The notes below the pieces were generated by a model. It did not search any database. It saw only the letters and a list, made by a program, of their open reading frames with translations, and was not told the DNA's origin. DNA of 64,000 nt from a bacterium (GTDB lineage: Archaea; Thermoplasmatota; E2; JACPAO01; JAHFTW01), in contig JAZJZE010000017.1 of the NCBI GenBank assembly GCA_040390065.1, positions 31,274 through 95,273 of the forward strand, written 5' to 3'. The translations under genes were made by a program, and so were the position numbers. Positions 43,397 to 52,959 of this stretch are shown here, in pieces; position 1 is the first letter of the stretch; each line of letters begins with the position of its first letter.

Positions 43397-43750
43397 CTAT
43401 TCGTATCCGGGAGGAGGGCCGGGAGGCTCGCGTTCGCGGGCGGACGCCCGGTTCGGGGCCTCCTGGGTCGCCTGCGCGTCGCGGGCCCGTTCCCTGCGCA
43501 CGGCTGCGTCCCGACGTGCGCCGGCCCGCAGCGCCCGCCACGACATGATGGTGAAGGTCAACGTGAACACGGTGGAGATGGTGAGGAAGATGCGCAGTCC
43601 GGGGCTGAACTGGGAGCAGGGCAGGCCGCTCAGGCCTGGATCCGGTCGCGACTCGCACGTCAGCACGGCCACCGTGAAGGGCAGGCTGACGAGCGTCACC
43701 ACCAACGCGAAGAGCGTGATGACGAAGTAGATGCGGCTCGGCACCGCCAC
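43397..43750 (-). CDS. Hypothetical 2-TM membrane protein with basic/Pro-rich tail
   Basis: IYFVITLFALVVTLVSLPFTVAVL and LRIFLTISTVFTLTFTIM spans. Confidence 0.5.
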   Translation of the reverse strand: MAVPSRIYFVITLFALVVTLVSLPFTVAVLTCESRPDPGLSGLPCSQFSPGLRIFLTISTVFTLTFTIMSWRALRAGARRDAAVRRERARDAQATQEAPNRASAREREPPGPPPGYE

Positions 43751-43848
43751 ACGCGGGCGACGCCGTGCCTGCTGGTCAATCTTTCCGATTGATGCGGCGG
43801 GCGCGCCCGGGCCGCGTGCTTTTTGGCCGGGTCGGCCTGCGGCGTCCC

Positions 43849-45237
43849 ATGCAACGGCTGTTCGGGACCAACGGGGTCCGCGGCGTCGTCGGGTCGACCA
43901 TGACGAGCGAGATCGCCCTCCGCCTCGGCCTCGCGGTCGGAACGTGGCTGCCGCAGGGGGCGAAAGTCGCGGTTGGGTCCGACGCCCGCGACACGGGCCC
44001 CCACCTCAAGGCGGCGTTCTGTGCTGGCGTCAACGCAACCGGCGTCCACACGGTCGACCTTGGCGTCCTTGCCAGTCCCGGCATCCAGCTGTACGTCCGC
44101 GACAAGGGCTTTGCAGCCGGGGCGATCGTGACCGCAAGCCACAATCCGCCGGAGTACAATGGCATCAAGCTCGTGGCACCCGACGGCACGGAGACGGGCC
44201 AGGCCGAGGAGGATGCGGTCGAGGCTCTCTACCGCTCGCAAGCGTTCCGGCTGGTCCCATGGCAAGAGGTCGCCACGCATTCCGACGACGCCGGGGCCAT
44301 CGACCACTACATCGACGCCGTGCTGAGGCAAGTTGACGTGCGCGCCATCCGGGGCGCGAAACTCAAGGCCGTCCTGGACCCCGGCGGCGGAGCGGGTTGC
44401 GCCACGGCGCCACGCCTGCTGTCGGCACTCGGAGTCGCCGTCGTCCCTCTGTCGTGCACTCTCGACGGAGCCTTCTCGGACCGGCCGAGCGAGCCCAGCC
44501 CGGCCAACGCGACGCGCTGCATGGCTGCAGTCAAGTCGAGCCGCGCCAACATGGGCATCCTGCAGGACGGCGACGCCGACCGCGCGGTCTTCGTCGACGA
44601 ATGCGGCGACTACGTGTGGGGCGACCGCAGCCTTGCCCTTGCCGCCTTGTGGGAGTTGCGCCGCACCAAACCCTCGGGCAAGACGCCGATCGTGTGCACT
44701 GCCGTGTCGAGTTCGTCTTGTGTCGCCGATGCCGTCGCGCTCGGTGGCGGCGAGTTGGCGTGGACCGTGGTCGGCAGCCCCATCGTCGCGCGCGAGATGA
44801 TCCGCTTGCATGCGGTCTTCGGCGGCGAGGACAACGGCGGCCTGATGTTCGCGCGGCACCAGCTGTGCCGCGACGGCCTCATGGCGATGGCCTTCATGCT
44901 GGAACTCCTTGCCAAGACGGGCAAGCCGCTCTCGGCGCTCCTGCAGGAGATTCCCACCTACGCCCTGGTAAAGGACAAGGTACACGTGCCCGATGCCGCA
45001 AAGCAGCAGGTGCTCGGGCGGCTGCGTGAAGCCGCGCCCCAGCAGCCGGGCGTCGTGCGCGTCGATGCCCGCGACGGCGTCAAGGTCTACTTCGACAACG
45101 GCTGGGCGTTGTGCCGGCCGAGCGGGACGGAACCCATCTTCCGCGTGCAGGCCGAGGCCAAGACGGAAGCCGAGGCCAAAGTGCTCGTGGCGCGCCTCAA
45201 GGGTGTCCTGGAGCAGGGTCTGTCTGCCACGGCGTGA
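43849..45237 (+). CDS. glmM: Phosphohexomutase (phosphoglucosamine mutase / phosphomannomutase family)
   Basis: LFGTNGVRG, TASHNPPEYNGIK (active-site Ser), DGDADRAVFVDE, and RPSGTEPIFRV. Confidence 0.88.
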   Translation: MQRLFGTNGVRGVVGSTMTSEIALRLGLAVGTWLPQGAKVAVGSDARDTGPHLKAAFCAGVNATGVHTVDLGVLASPGIQLYVRDKGFAAGAIVTASHNPPEYNGIKLVAPDGTETGQAEEDAVEALYRSQAFRLVPWQEVATHSDDAGAIDHYIDAVLRQVDVRAIRGAKLKAVLDPGGGAGCATAPRLLSALGVAVVPLSCTLDGAFSDRPSEPSPANATRCMAAVKSSRANMGILQDGDADRAVFVDECGDYVWGDRSLALAALWELRRTKPSGKTPIVCTAVSSSSCVADAVALGGGELAWTVVGSPIVAREMIRLHAVFGGEDNGGLMFARHQLCRDGLMAMAFMLELLAKTGKPLSALLQEIPTYALVKDKVHVPDAAKQQVLGRLREAAPQQPGVVRVDARDGVKVYFDNGWALCRPSGTEPIFRVQAEAKTEAEAKVLVARLKGVLEQGLSATA

Positions 45238-45240
45238 GCG

Positions 45241-46299
45241 CTAGGTCCACGGCGGCGCAAGGGCAGGGTCGCGCAGCGTCCTTGTCAAGGCCTCGCCGAC
45301 CACTCCCAACGTTTCGCTGGAGAGCTTGTCGACCGTGTCGCCGGAGGTATCCCACTGCGGCGGGAACGTCGTGGGGCGTCCCGCGTCGATGAGGTCGACG
45401 GACGGGATGCCGGCGTGGATGAAGGCGACGTGGTCGTCCTCGATGGTCGTGGTCACGTTGGTAAACAGGTCGACGCCGCCGGCGGCGCGGCCGTGGCGCC
45501 ACAGGACCTCCATCATGGCCGGGTCACTCTGCGTGCTGAAGGTCTCCTTGGCAAAGCGTGCGTCGGGGTCGCCCACCATGTCGAGGAGGATGAAGCGGCT
45601 CACGGCAGCGGGCGGATGCTGGGTGAAGTAGAGCGAGCCCGCGATCGGGTAGCAGTCGTAGAAGCCGTCCTCGCCGTCGATCAGCAAGACGCCGACATCG
45701 TACGGCAGCGCCGGGCCGGCCGACAGGTGCCGCATCAGTTCCAGCAAGACGCCGACGCCCGAGGCGCCGTCGTTTGCGCCGGGGTCAGGCCAGCCCCGTC
45801 GTGTCGCATTGCTGTCGGCGTCGCTGTGCATCTGCGAATCCCAATGGGCCCCGAGCATGAGAAGCGGTCCTCCCGCTGTCGTGCCCTTGCGCACGGCGTA
45901 CAGGTTGGAGAATCGCCAGGACGGCAAGGCAGCCTCGTCGGCGGCGGGACAGTAAGCGGATCCTGGGCCGTAGCTTGCCACCATGCTGCGGTCGAGGGCC
46001 AGGTAGTCTTGCCCCGTGAAGTTCTGCCAGTGGCGGCTCCACCCCGCGACGGCCAGTTGCGACCAGAGGTAAGCGGCTCCCTCGGCTTGGCCGGGCGAGC
46101 CGGGCATCCGGTAGCGTGGTGAACCATCCGCCTTCAGGGCCAAGCCGCGCACGTACGCCATGGCGTGCTCGCCATCGAAGGGAGCGTTTGCATCCGCGGT
46201 CGTCCCCGTCATGGTGTCCGTCGACATGCAGCCCGCCAGGACAAGGGATACGACCGCGATGGACAGCCACTGCACGAGGTGCGACTTTCGCCTCGCCAT
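45241..46299 (-). CDS. M28-family metallopeptidase / glutaminyl-cyclase-like lipoprotein
   Basis: Lipobox VLAGC, GAHWDS, GANDGASGVGVLLEL, IDGEDG, and DDHVAFIHAGIP. Confidence 0.8.
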   Translation of the reverse strand: MARRKSHLVQWLSIAVVSLVLAGCMSTDTMTGTTADANAPFDGEHAMAYVRGLALKADGSPRYRMPGSPGQAEGAAYLWSQLAVAGWSRHWQNFTGQDYLALDRSMVASYGPGSAYCPAADEAALPSWRFSNLYAVRKGTTAGGPLLMLGAHWDSQMHSDADSNATRRGWPDPGANDGASGVGVLLELMRHLSAGPALPYDVGVLLIDGEDGFYDCYPIAGSLYFTQHPPAAVSRFILLDMVGDPDARFAKETFSTQSDPAMMEVLWRHGRAAGGVDLFTNVTTTIEDDHVAFIHAGIPSVDLIDAGRPTTFPPQWDTSGDTVDKLSSETLGVVGEALTRTLRDPALAPPWT

Positions 46300-46305
46300 T
46301 AGTAG

Positions 46306-46315
46306 TTTCTTAACA
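46306..46315 (+). promoter_or_regulatory. AT-rich box tttcttaaca
   Basis: About 25 nt upstream of the fen GTG at 46336. Confidence 0.35.
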
Positions 46316-46335
46316 TCCCCGTTCGTCGCCCCGTC

Positions 46336-47406
46336 GTGGGCATCGCCCTCGGCGACGTCGTCGTGCGCAACCCGGTCACGTTCGGCCACTACGCCGGCAA
46401 GCGCCTGGCCTTCGACGCGTGGAACATCCTCTACCAGTTCCTCGCTTCCATCCGCGGGCCGGACGGTTCGCCGCTCACCAACAGCACGGGAACGGTCACG
46501 AGCCACCTTGCCGGCATCCTGTACCGCACCGGGGCCCTCGTGGAGGCTGGAGTCAAGCCGGTCTTCGTCTTCGATGGTCGACCGCATCGCCTCAAGGGCG
46601 ACACGCTTGCATCCCGCGCCGAGGGCAAGGCCGAAGCCCAGGTGGCCTACGACAAAGCCATCGAGGAAGGCGACCTCGAGACGGCGCGCACCAAGGCGCA
46701 GCAGACGAGCCGCCTCAGCCCGCCAATGGTCGACGACGCGATGCGCCTCCTTCGCGCGCTTGGCATCCCGGTCGTCCAGGCCCCCGGCGAAGGCGAGGCG
46801 CAAGCCAGTTGGATGTGCTCGACCGGCCTGGTGCACGCCACCGTGAGCCAGGACTTCGACTGCCTCCTGTTTGGCACGCCACTGCTCGTCCGCCACCTAG
46901 CCACGGGCGGCCGCCGCAAGCTGCCTGGAAAGCAAGTCTGGGCAGAGATCACGCCGGAGGAGATTCCGCTTGCCGGCACGCTCGATGCCTTGGGCCTGAC
47001 CCGGGAACAACTCGTCGACGCGGCCCTGCTCGTCGGCACGGACTTCCACCCCGGCATCCACGGCATCGGCGCCAAGAAGGCCATCGCGCTCGTGAAGAAG
47101 GACGGCTCGCTGGAGGCTCTCCTCGAACGCCTGGCCGCCCGTCCCGACACCGCCCAGTCGGCCACCGAACGCGCCATCCTGGAACAGCATGAGAGCCTCG
47201 TTGCCCGGGACGAAGTGCGACGCATCTTCCTGGCCCCCGACCACGTGGCGGTCGCAGCCGACCAGTTGGCCGTCGGCGTCCCCGATGTGGCGGCGGTGCG
47301 CTCCTTCATGGTGGACGAGCGTGGCTTTGCCCGCGACCGCGTGGATGCCGCCCTGGAGAAGTTCACGGCAGCGCGCTCCCGGCAAGCGCAACGCACCCTG
47401 TTCTAG
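46336..47406 (+). CDS. fen: Flap endonuclease 1
   Basis: LAFDAWNILYQFL, KPVFVFDGRPHRLK, APGEGEAQASWM, SQDFDCLLFG, VGTDFHPGIHGIGAKKA, and a C-terminal QRTLF PIP-like tail. Confidence 0.92.
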   Translation: MGIALGDVVVRNPVTFGHYAGKRLAFDAWNILYQFLASIRGPDGSPLTNSTGTVTSHLAGILYRTGALVEAGVKPVFVFDGRPHRLKGDTLASRAEGKAEAQVAYDKAIEEGDLETARTKAQQTSRLSPPMVDDAMRLLRALGIPVVQAPGEGEAQASWMCSTGLVHATVSQDFDCLLFGTPLLVRHLATGGRRKLPGKQVWAEITPEEIPLAGTLDALGLTREQLVDAALLVGTDFHPGIHGIGAKKAIALVKKDGSLEALLERLAARPDTAQSATERAILEQHESLVARDEVRRIFLAPDHVAVAADQLAVGVPDVAAVRSFMVDERGFARDRVDAALEKFTAARSRQAQRTLF

Positions 47407-47436
47407 GGCCGGGCGAACAAACGGCCTGCCCATTCG

Positions 47437-47444
47437 GCTTAAGA
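47437..47444 (+). promoter_or_regulatory. TATA-like box gcTTAAga
   Basis: About 34 nt upstream of the ATG at 47475. Confidence 0.35.
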
Positions 47445-47474
47445 CCCCACCCGCCCCCTCGCGGTCCGGTCGCC

Positions 47475-49628
47475 ATGTCCGTCCGCCTAGGCCTCGCCCT
47501 CGCCGTCGCCGTCGTCCTGTCCTTGCCTTCGGCTCTTGCTGTAAGCAGTCCGCCCGCGGCGGCCGTCGCCCCCGGCCACACGTTCAGCCATGATGCCCTT
47601 GAGAAGGTCATTCGGGCATGGACCTCCCCGCTCGGCGGCTACGCCGTCACGCCGTACGCCACGGCGCACGTCAACGGGACGCGGCTTTCCATCTCCAGCC
47701 TGGGCGACATCAACGCCGACCAACGCGCCGACCTGCTGTACGTGTACGACCCCAAGGACGCGGCCGGACCCTCGCCTTCCACGGGGACCAGCGGGCGGCT
47801 CGAGGCCCACTCCGGCGCCGACCCGGCAAAGATCCTGTGGACCGCCGAAACGGGCAGCAGCATTGCCCGCGCCATCGGCGACGTCGACGGCGACCACATC
47901 CTGGACGCCACGTACGTCACCTCCGGTGATGGCGTGCCACACGGGACGTCGCAAGGCGCCGCCGTCGTCTACGCCGAGGCCGGATACGGATGGACCTATC
48001 CCATCGTGACGCACTTCGTCTCGGGCCTCGACGGCCGCGAGTTGGCAAAGGTCGACGGGTCCACGTCCTACACGACCACGGGCGTCGATGCGTTTGCCCT
48101 GCTCGCCTTCGCCGACGCGTTTGCAACCGACAGCACGTGGGACCTGACCGAGTCCACTGCCCCCAAGTCAATCGTGCGCGAGACCCTGGCACGCCACTCG
48201 CGTGACGCCTTCACCTGCGCCGTCGTCAGCTGCGCCTTCGCCTTCACGGGGGATTCCGACCTGACGATCCGCTTCCTCGACGCAAAGGGCGCCGCCGTGT
48301 CGACCGTCGACCGCACGGATCCCCTCGTGGACGTGCAGTCGTGGGGAACCTGGGACCTTGACGGCGACGCCAAGCCCGACGCGCTCATCGTGGAGGTGCA
48401 GGGCACCGGGTCCGCCTACGTTTCTTCGGTAGGGACCGTCCCCATCGGCAAGTCGATCGTCACGGCGTTCGGCAACGACGGGGCCAAGCGCTGGGCCGTC
48501 GAGTCCAGCGTCGGACTCTTGGAGGACGCGTTCGCCATCCCCGTTGGTGACCTCGACGGCGACGGAACGCAGGACATCGGCTTCATCGCGGTCACGGCAT
48601 CCGGCGTCTCCTCCTTCCACGGCAGCACGAAGCTCCTGTCCGGCAAGGACGGATCGACCATCGGCGCCATCGAGTTGGACAACGACGTGGCCTTCCTGCT
48701 GCCGTTTGCCAAGGGTGCGGGCGGCAAGGCCGAGGCTCTCCTCATCGCCGGCGCATTCTCGGCGACGGGTGCCACGGTCGGCCCGGTCGGCCTCGACCTC
48801 AAGCCGCGCTGGACGCACGCCATCGGGGACACGTTCCCGATCAACGCCGACCTGTCGGACATGGGCGCCATCCAATTCACGGACTGGACGGGCGACGGCC
48901 GCGCAGACATCGCGCTGCTCACGGTGACCGGCGATACCCCGGAGCTCAGTGCCACCGTTGAATTGCTGAGCGGTGCCGACGGCAAGACGCAATGGACCAC
49001 GACCCAGGCCGGCATGATCGCCGTCGCCGTGCTGCCGGACCTCACCGGTGTCGGCTCGGGCGACTTGGCCATTGGCCAGCAGACCGGTGCCTCGAAGGAC
49101 GACTACACGGGCGCCACGGTGTCGTTCACCACGTTTGCCGGGGAGGACGGCGGCCCGCTCTTCCGCCAAGTCCTGCGCCAGCCATCCGGACCTGCCGCTG
49201 CGAAGGGCACCTTCCGAGTCAGCATCGTCGGCTTCGATGACATCGGAGGCGACGGCGTGCCGGACGTCGGGGCCCGCGTCGACGAGGGCGGCGAGTCCAG
49301 TGGCAACGTCGTCATCTCGGTTGGGGGGCCAGGCGTCTACGGGGGATCGATGGCCATCGGCAACGTCACCTGGTACATCTTCTCCTCGGGCTCGAAGCAG
49401 GTCACCACGGCGGCGACGAGCGACGGTTCCACCGGCCCGGGAACCGGACCCGGCACAGTGCTCTCCTTGCCGCCCGCCGAGGACCTGTCCAACGGCCGGG
49501 CCCCGCCCGCGGCGGCCCGCCCCGCGGACGACGCGACGGCACCCCACAAGAGTCCCGGGGTAGAGCCCGTGGCCGCGTTGGCCCTTGTTGGGCTCCTGGC
49601 CGTACTGGTTCGGCGCCGCCTCAAATAG
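47475..49628 (+). CDS. FG-GAP-repeat beta-propeller surface protein (paralog of 31710..33794) with C-terminal sorting-like signal
   Basis: GDINADQRADL, GDVDGDHILD, WDLDGDAKPD, GDLDGDGTQD, TDWTGDGRADI, and DDIGGDGVPDV. The C-terminus reads SPGVEPVAALALVGLLAVLVRRRLK. Confidence 0.85.
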   Translation: MSVRLGLALAVAVVLSLPSALAVSSPPAAAVAPGHTFSHDALEKVIRAWTSPLGGYAVTPYATAHVNGTRLSISSLGDINADQRADLLYVYDPKDAAGPSPSTGTSGRLEAHSGADPAKILWTAETGSSIARAIGDVDGDHILDATYVTSGDGVPHGTSQGAAVVYAEAGYGWTYPIVTHFVSGLDGRELAKVDGSTSYTTTGVDAFALLAFADAFATDSTWDLTESTAPKSIVRETLARHSRDAFTCAVVSCAFAFTGDSDLTIRFLDAKGAAVSTVDRTDPLVDVQSWGTWDLDGDAKPDALIVEVQGTGSAYVSSVGTVPIGKSIVTAFGNDGAKRWAVESSVGLLEDAFAIPVGDLDGDGTQDIGFIAVTASGVSSFHGSTKLLSGKDGSTIGAIELDNDVAFLLPFAKGAGGKAEALLIAGAFSATGATVGPVGLDLKPRWTHAIGDTFPINADLSDMGAIQFTDWTGDGRADIALLTVTGDTPELSATVELLSGADGKTQWTTTQAGMIAVAVLPDLTGVGSGDLAIGQQTGASKDDYTGATVSFTTFAGEDGGPLFRQVLRQPSGPAAAKGTFRVSIVGFDDIGGDGVPDVGARVDEGGESSGNVVISVGGPGVYGGSMAIGNVTWYIFSSGSKQVTTAATSDGSTGPGTGPGTVLSLPPAEDLSNGRAPPAAARPADDATAPHKSPGVEPVAALALVGLLAVLVRRRLK

Positions 49629-49658
49629 TCCCAGGAGAGAACCGGGCGACAGCGCCAA

Positions 49659-50093
49659 ATGGACAAGCCTATTGTAGAGGCTCAGACTGAAGCCGTAACC
49701 ATGAGTCAGACGGTGTCGCAGACTACCCAGACGACGGCGCCTGGGACGGTCACGTTCCAGCAGACCCTTTCCATGACGGTCACGGACCTCGCCCGCGTCA
49801 AGCTGCAGGAATTCCTGGGCTCGCGCAGCATGGAGTCCGTCGGTGTCCGCATCTCCGTCCAGGCGGGCGGCTGCTCCGGCGCCTCGTACGGCATGGAGTT
49901 CGCGGAGAAGGCCGAGCCGGGCGAACTCAAGCTCAACTCCAACGGCGTCACGCTGTACCTGCAACCCGAGCACGCGCCGCTTCTCAACGGCGTGCAGATT
50001 GATTATGTGGACGAGTTGATGGGCGGTGGCTTCAAGATCGCGAACCCCAACGCCAAGTCCAGCTGCGGATGCGGCAAGTCGTTCTCGGCCTAG
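49659..50093 (+). CDS. iscA: Iron-sulfur cluster insertion protein (IscA/ErpA/HesB family)
   Basis: GVRISVQAGGCSGASYGMEF and NPNAKSSCGCGKSF. It has an N-terminal ~40-aa Thr/Gln-rich extension, and the start may be later. Confidence 0.85.
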   Translation: MDKPIVEAQTEAVTMSQTVSQTTQTTAPGTVTFQQTLSMTVTDLARVKLQEFLGSRSMESVGVRISVQAGGCSGASYGMEFAEKAEPGELKLNSNGVTLYLQPEHAPLLNGVQIDYVDELMGGGFKIANPNAKSSCGCGKSFSA

Positions 50094-50860
50094 GCGCTTT
50101 GTGGAGTTTCTCTGAGGGGTCCAAAAACGCACCCCGTCCGCAGCGAGCCACCGAGACCAAACGATACGGGGGCGTGAGCGGGGAGGGTGAAGATGAAGTC
50201 AAAATCAGTTCCGTTGGCCCGGCCACCGCGCGGATGGTACAGGGTGCCAAAGGGCGTGTCAATGGTGTCGTAGAATTGGAAGGCGTAGTTGTGGCCGGCG
50301 TGGGCCACCTTGAAGGCAGGCCACGCGGTCTCGCCGAATAGCTCCCACGAGGTATGGAGTTCGAACGTGGCCTCGTTCGCTGGTCGAAGGACTTGCAGAT
50401 CTGCACCTCCAAAGAACTGGAGAAATACTCTTGCACCGGTCGAGGCCGGGGTTCCCTCCAACTCGACGAAGCCCGTTCCGCGTGTATCGTCGAATCGCGC
50501 AAAGCTATCGTGCGTCGTACCGGTCAAGACAAGAAGGCCCGAGCGCGGCGCCGGCAGTGCGAGGCCGGCGTATCCCAGGCCATATCGACCCGTCCGTGGG
50601 TCCATAAAGAGGGAATAGTGGACGCCTTCGGCCTTGCCGTCGCTCACACAAATCCAGAGGTCGTCCGGGGTTGACGCCTCCAAGGGCGCGGCCACGGCGT
50701 GATCTAGGCAATCGCGGGGTGCGCCACCTGGAAACGCCAAGGGACAGCCGTCGTGGTCCGCCAGGGACGGTCCGGCTCGATCGCTTATGGGGTCGTTTCC
50801 ACAGCCGGCCAGGGCGCACGCCAGCATTACGAAGGCGATTAGGCAGTCGAGGCTTGCCAT
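50090..50860 (-). CDS. Lipoprotein, hypothetical (in low-GC island)
   Basis: Lipobox ALAGC, with a GAGGA Shine-Dalgarno-like motif 5 nt upstream of the ATG. Confidence 0.6.
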   Translation of the reverse strand: MASLDCLIAFVMLACALAGCGNDPISDRAGPSLADHDGCPLAFPGGAPRDCLDHAVAAPLEASTPDDLWICVSDGKAEGVHYSLFMDPRTGRYGLGYAGLALPAPRSGLLVLTGTTHDSFARFDDTRGTGFVELEGTPASTGARVFLQFFGGADLQVLRPANEATFELHTSWELFGETAWPAFKVAHAGHNYAFQFYDTIDTPFGTLYHPRGGRANGTDFDFIFTLPAHAPVSFGLGGSLRTGCVFGPLRETPQSA

Positions 50861-50905
50861 TGATTCCTCAGATGGAAAAGGGAGAAAAGGGTTCGCTGGG
50901 CGTCC

Positions 50906-51838
50906 CTAGAGGGTTCCGGTTGTCCCGGTTCCGCGCATTAGGCTTTCGGAATCGAATTCCACGCCGTCACTGCATCCAACCGTGGCGCCAAATCGCTCGG
51001 TGACGTGAGCCCCCGAATCGAGCATTGTAACCTGGAGCCCGATTTCCAGTTCCCACGATATGGACCAACTACAGGATGATGCGCCCGACATTCCCCAAGC
51101 GCCTGCATCCACAATGTAGTCCATGGGATCCGTGTCCGCCGCTGCCCAGTGACCCAAGTAGGCACAAGTCACGAGGGAGTTATCGGATGTCCAAACAAAA
51201 TTCTCTGCGCCGGGGGCCTGGTCGATTTCCAATCCAAATGTCCATCCGTCGGCACCGTTGTTGAGGTTGTTAGTCGTCAAGCTGTATGACAAGTACATCG
51301 ACCCTTCCTGTTGGTCCTGATAGAGTTGGAACCAACTGCCTCCATTCCCCTGGATGACGTCCGTAATTGGTAAGGCCAGCTTTGCCCCGTCGCGGCAGAC
51401 GTCAAGCGGACCCACGGCAGGAAGGGAAGGCAGTGCCGCGCAAGATTTGATTGACTTGCTATTCGAAATCCAATTTCCTGATGCGTCCTTCTCGAACAGC
51501 TCCGCGGAGCTCATGCACGACGACCAAGCCCCGCATAGGGGGGCTGCGGCGGCAGATACACCTTTCACGAGGATGGTGTCGGTGCGGGTAACTGATCCGG
51601 TCAAGCCGGACGCCACGTACGCGACCTTCATCTCCACGCGGCTGTCCGAGGCAAAGGACGTGGCATGCCAGCGGAAGCCCGTTGTTCCGAGTGGGCAGTC
51701 TTGGGCGGCATCCATGGCAACGGAGCCGGCGGGGGTGAGCGCGGCCGCCGGGCCAGCCACAAGAACAGCGGGTGTTGCGACCATCAGAATGCATAGGACG
51801 GCGTACGGTGCCGTGGTAATTGTCGTACGAAGGCTCAT
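50906..51838 (-). CDS. Secreted/anchored protein, hypothetical (about 50% G+C by spot count, compositionally foreign)
   Basis: N-terminal hydrophobic anchor and a Ser/Thr/Asn/Trp-rich sequence unlike the rest of the window. A ggtaaatacc box lies about 26 nt upstream. Confidence 0.6.
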   Translation of the reverse strand: MSLRTTITTAPYAVLCILMVATPAVLVAGPAAALTPAGSVAMDAAQDCPLGTTGFRWHATSFASDSRVEMKVAYVASGLTGSVTRTDTILVKGVSAAAAPLCGAWSSCMSSAELFEKDASGNWISNSKSIKSCAALPSLPAVGPLDVCRDGAKLALPITDVIQGNGGSWFQLYQDQQEGSMYLSYSLTTNNLNNGADGWTFGLEIDQAPGAENFVWTSDNSLVTCAYLGHWAAADTDPMDYIVDAGAWGMSGASSCSWSISWELEIGLQVTMLDSGAHVTERFGATVGCSDGVEFDSESLMRGTGTTGTL

Positions 51839-51927
51839 GGTTCACCAAAAATCGTGCCGGTATTTACCCGGCATTTGAGGGCAGAGGCGCCTGAATATCT
51901 AACCGTTTCTGCCGGGTGAAAACGGGC

Positions 51928-52107
51928 ATGGGTCGTCCCCGGATGCCTGCCAATCGCCGCCGGAAAAAGGTCACAATCACGCCCGATCCGCGTGTCGTGG
52001 CCTTCGTCGACGAGCGCATCGGCCTCGGCAAGCCGTACAAGAACCGGACGCATGCCTTTGAGCAGGCGGTCGCCTGCCTCATGTCGAACGATGCGAAGAA
52101 ATCCTGA
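51928..52107 (+). CDS. Small ribbon-helix-helix-like protein (CopG-like), hypothetical
   Basis: A basic N-terminus is followed by KKVTITPDPRVVAFVDERI...RTHAFEQAVACLM (beta-alpha-alpha pattern). A gaatatc box lies about 32 nt upstream. A GTG at 51916 is also possible. Confidence 0.45.
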   Translation: MGRPRMPANRRRKKVTITPDPRVVAFVDERIGLGKPYKNRTHAFEQAVACLMSNDAKKS

Positions 52108-52161
52108 AGGAGGAAATGCTCCCCGACGATTGGACGTCTCGATGCGGCCCCGACGGCGGGG

Positions 52162-52192
52162 CAACAGATGCAACAGATGCAACCGATAGCGA
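52162..52192. repeat. 9-mer array, half copy in reverse orientation (A6)
   Basis: caacagatg caacagatg caaccgata. At 52262-52292 it is followed by caagtgattgaccggtttgcagg, a diverged copy of the C-module terminus. Confidence 0.55.
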
Positions 52193-52339
52193 CGGCCGTG
52201 CAAGCGGTGTGGGCGGCAACCGCGCGCCGTTCCGTTGGGTCGAGCCGCGCGAAGGTCCACGCGCAAGTGATTGACCGGTTTGCAGGCCACCGAATCCCAA
52301 ACGTGGATTCAAATCCCGTCAGACCCACGGCCCTGGTCC

Positions 52340-52891
52340 ATGGGCCCGAAAACCCTGACCCTTCTCCTGCTTGTCGGCTCCCTGGCGGGCTGTGCGTCGT
52401 CCCCGACATATCCTGACGGCTACCTCGTCGACCGCAACCACCTCGAAGGCGAGATGGCCATCTCGTCCACGAATGAAGCCTCGGGCCCCCCGTACTACGC
52501 CTCGCTGGTGCCGGCGTCGACTCTGGCGTTCAGTCCGCTTGTTGGAACCAATCCCGAAGAGACTTGGCAGCAGCTCATCACGCACCCGGCCATCGACGGC
52601 GAGGGGCGTACGTATCCGAAGGGGATGACGCTCATGGCGGCGCGCTACGGCTCCGTAAGTGACGCCAAGGCCGCGGCCGACCACTACTTGGCGGCGCTGC
52701 AGGGCACGAAGTGCGACTTCTACAAGCCTGGCACGTTTGCCTTCCGCGGCGACGATGTGCTCGTCGTCGGATTCGACGGGGGCGACATGCCGTATCCTCT
52801 GTCCCTGATGCGCTCGTCGGTCGCCGGCATGCACCCGGATCTCACCTTCGTCGCCCAGGGGTGCTACCTGAGGCCCACCTTCGGAACCTAG
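52340..52891 (+). CDS. Lipoprotein, hypothetical
   Basis: MGPKTLTLLLLVGSLAGC lipobox. Confidence 0.6.
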   Translation: MGPKTLTLLLLVGSLAGCASSPTYPDGYLVDRNHLEGEMAISSTNEASGPPYYASLVPASTLAFSPLVGTNPEETWQQLITHPAIDGEGRTYPKGMTLMAARYGSVSDAKAAADHYLAALQGTKCDFYKPGTFAFRGDDVLVVGFDGGDMPYPLSLMRSSVAGMHPDLTFVAQGCYLRPTFGT

Positions 52892-52959
52892 AAGTACAAG
52901 GATGTGCTAAGCACTTCCAGCCTGTGGCATTTACAATGCTGCACAATCTGGTGACTTCC

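Noticed and set aside
52296-52325. A tRNA-like T-arm fragment (gtggattcaaatcccgt) as a possible att site at the edge of the low-GC island.
   Set aside because: Only 3 bp of stem can form around the TTCAAAT loop. There is no acceptor arm and no matching direct repeat at the other island border.
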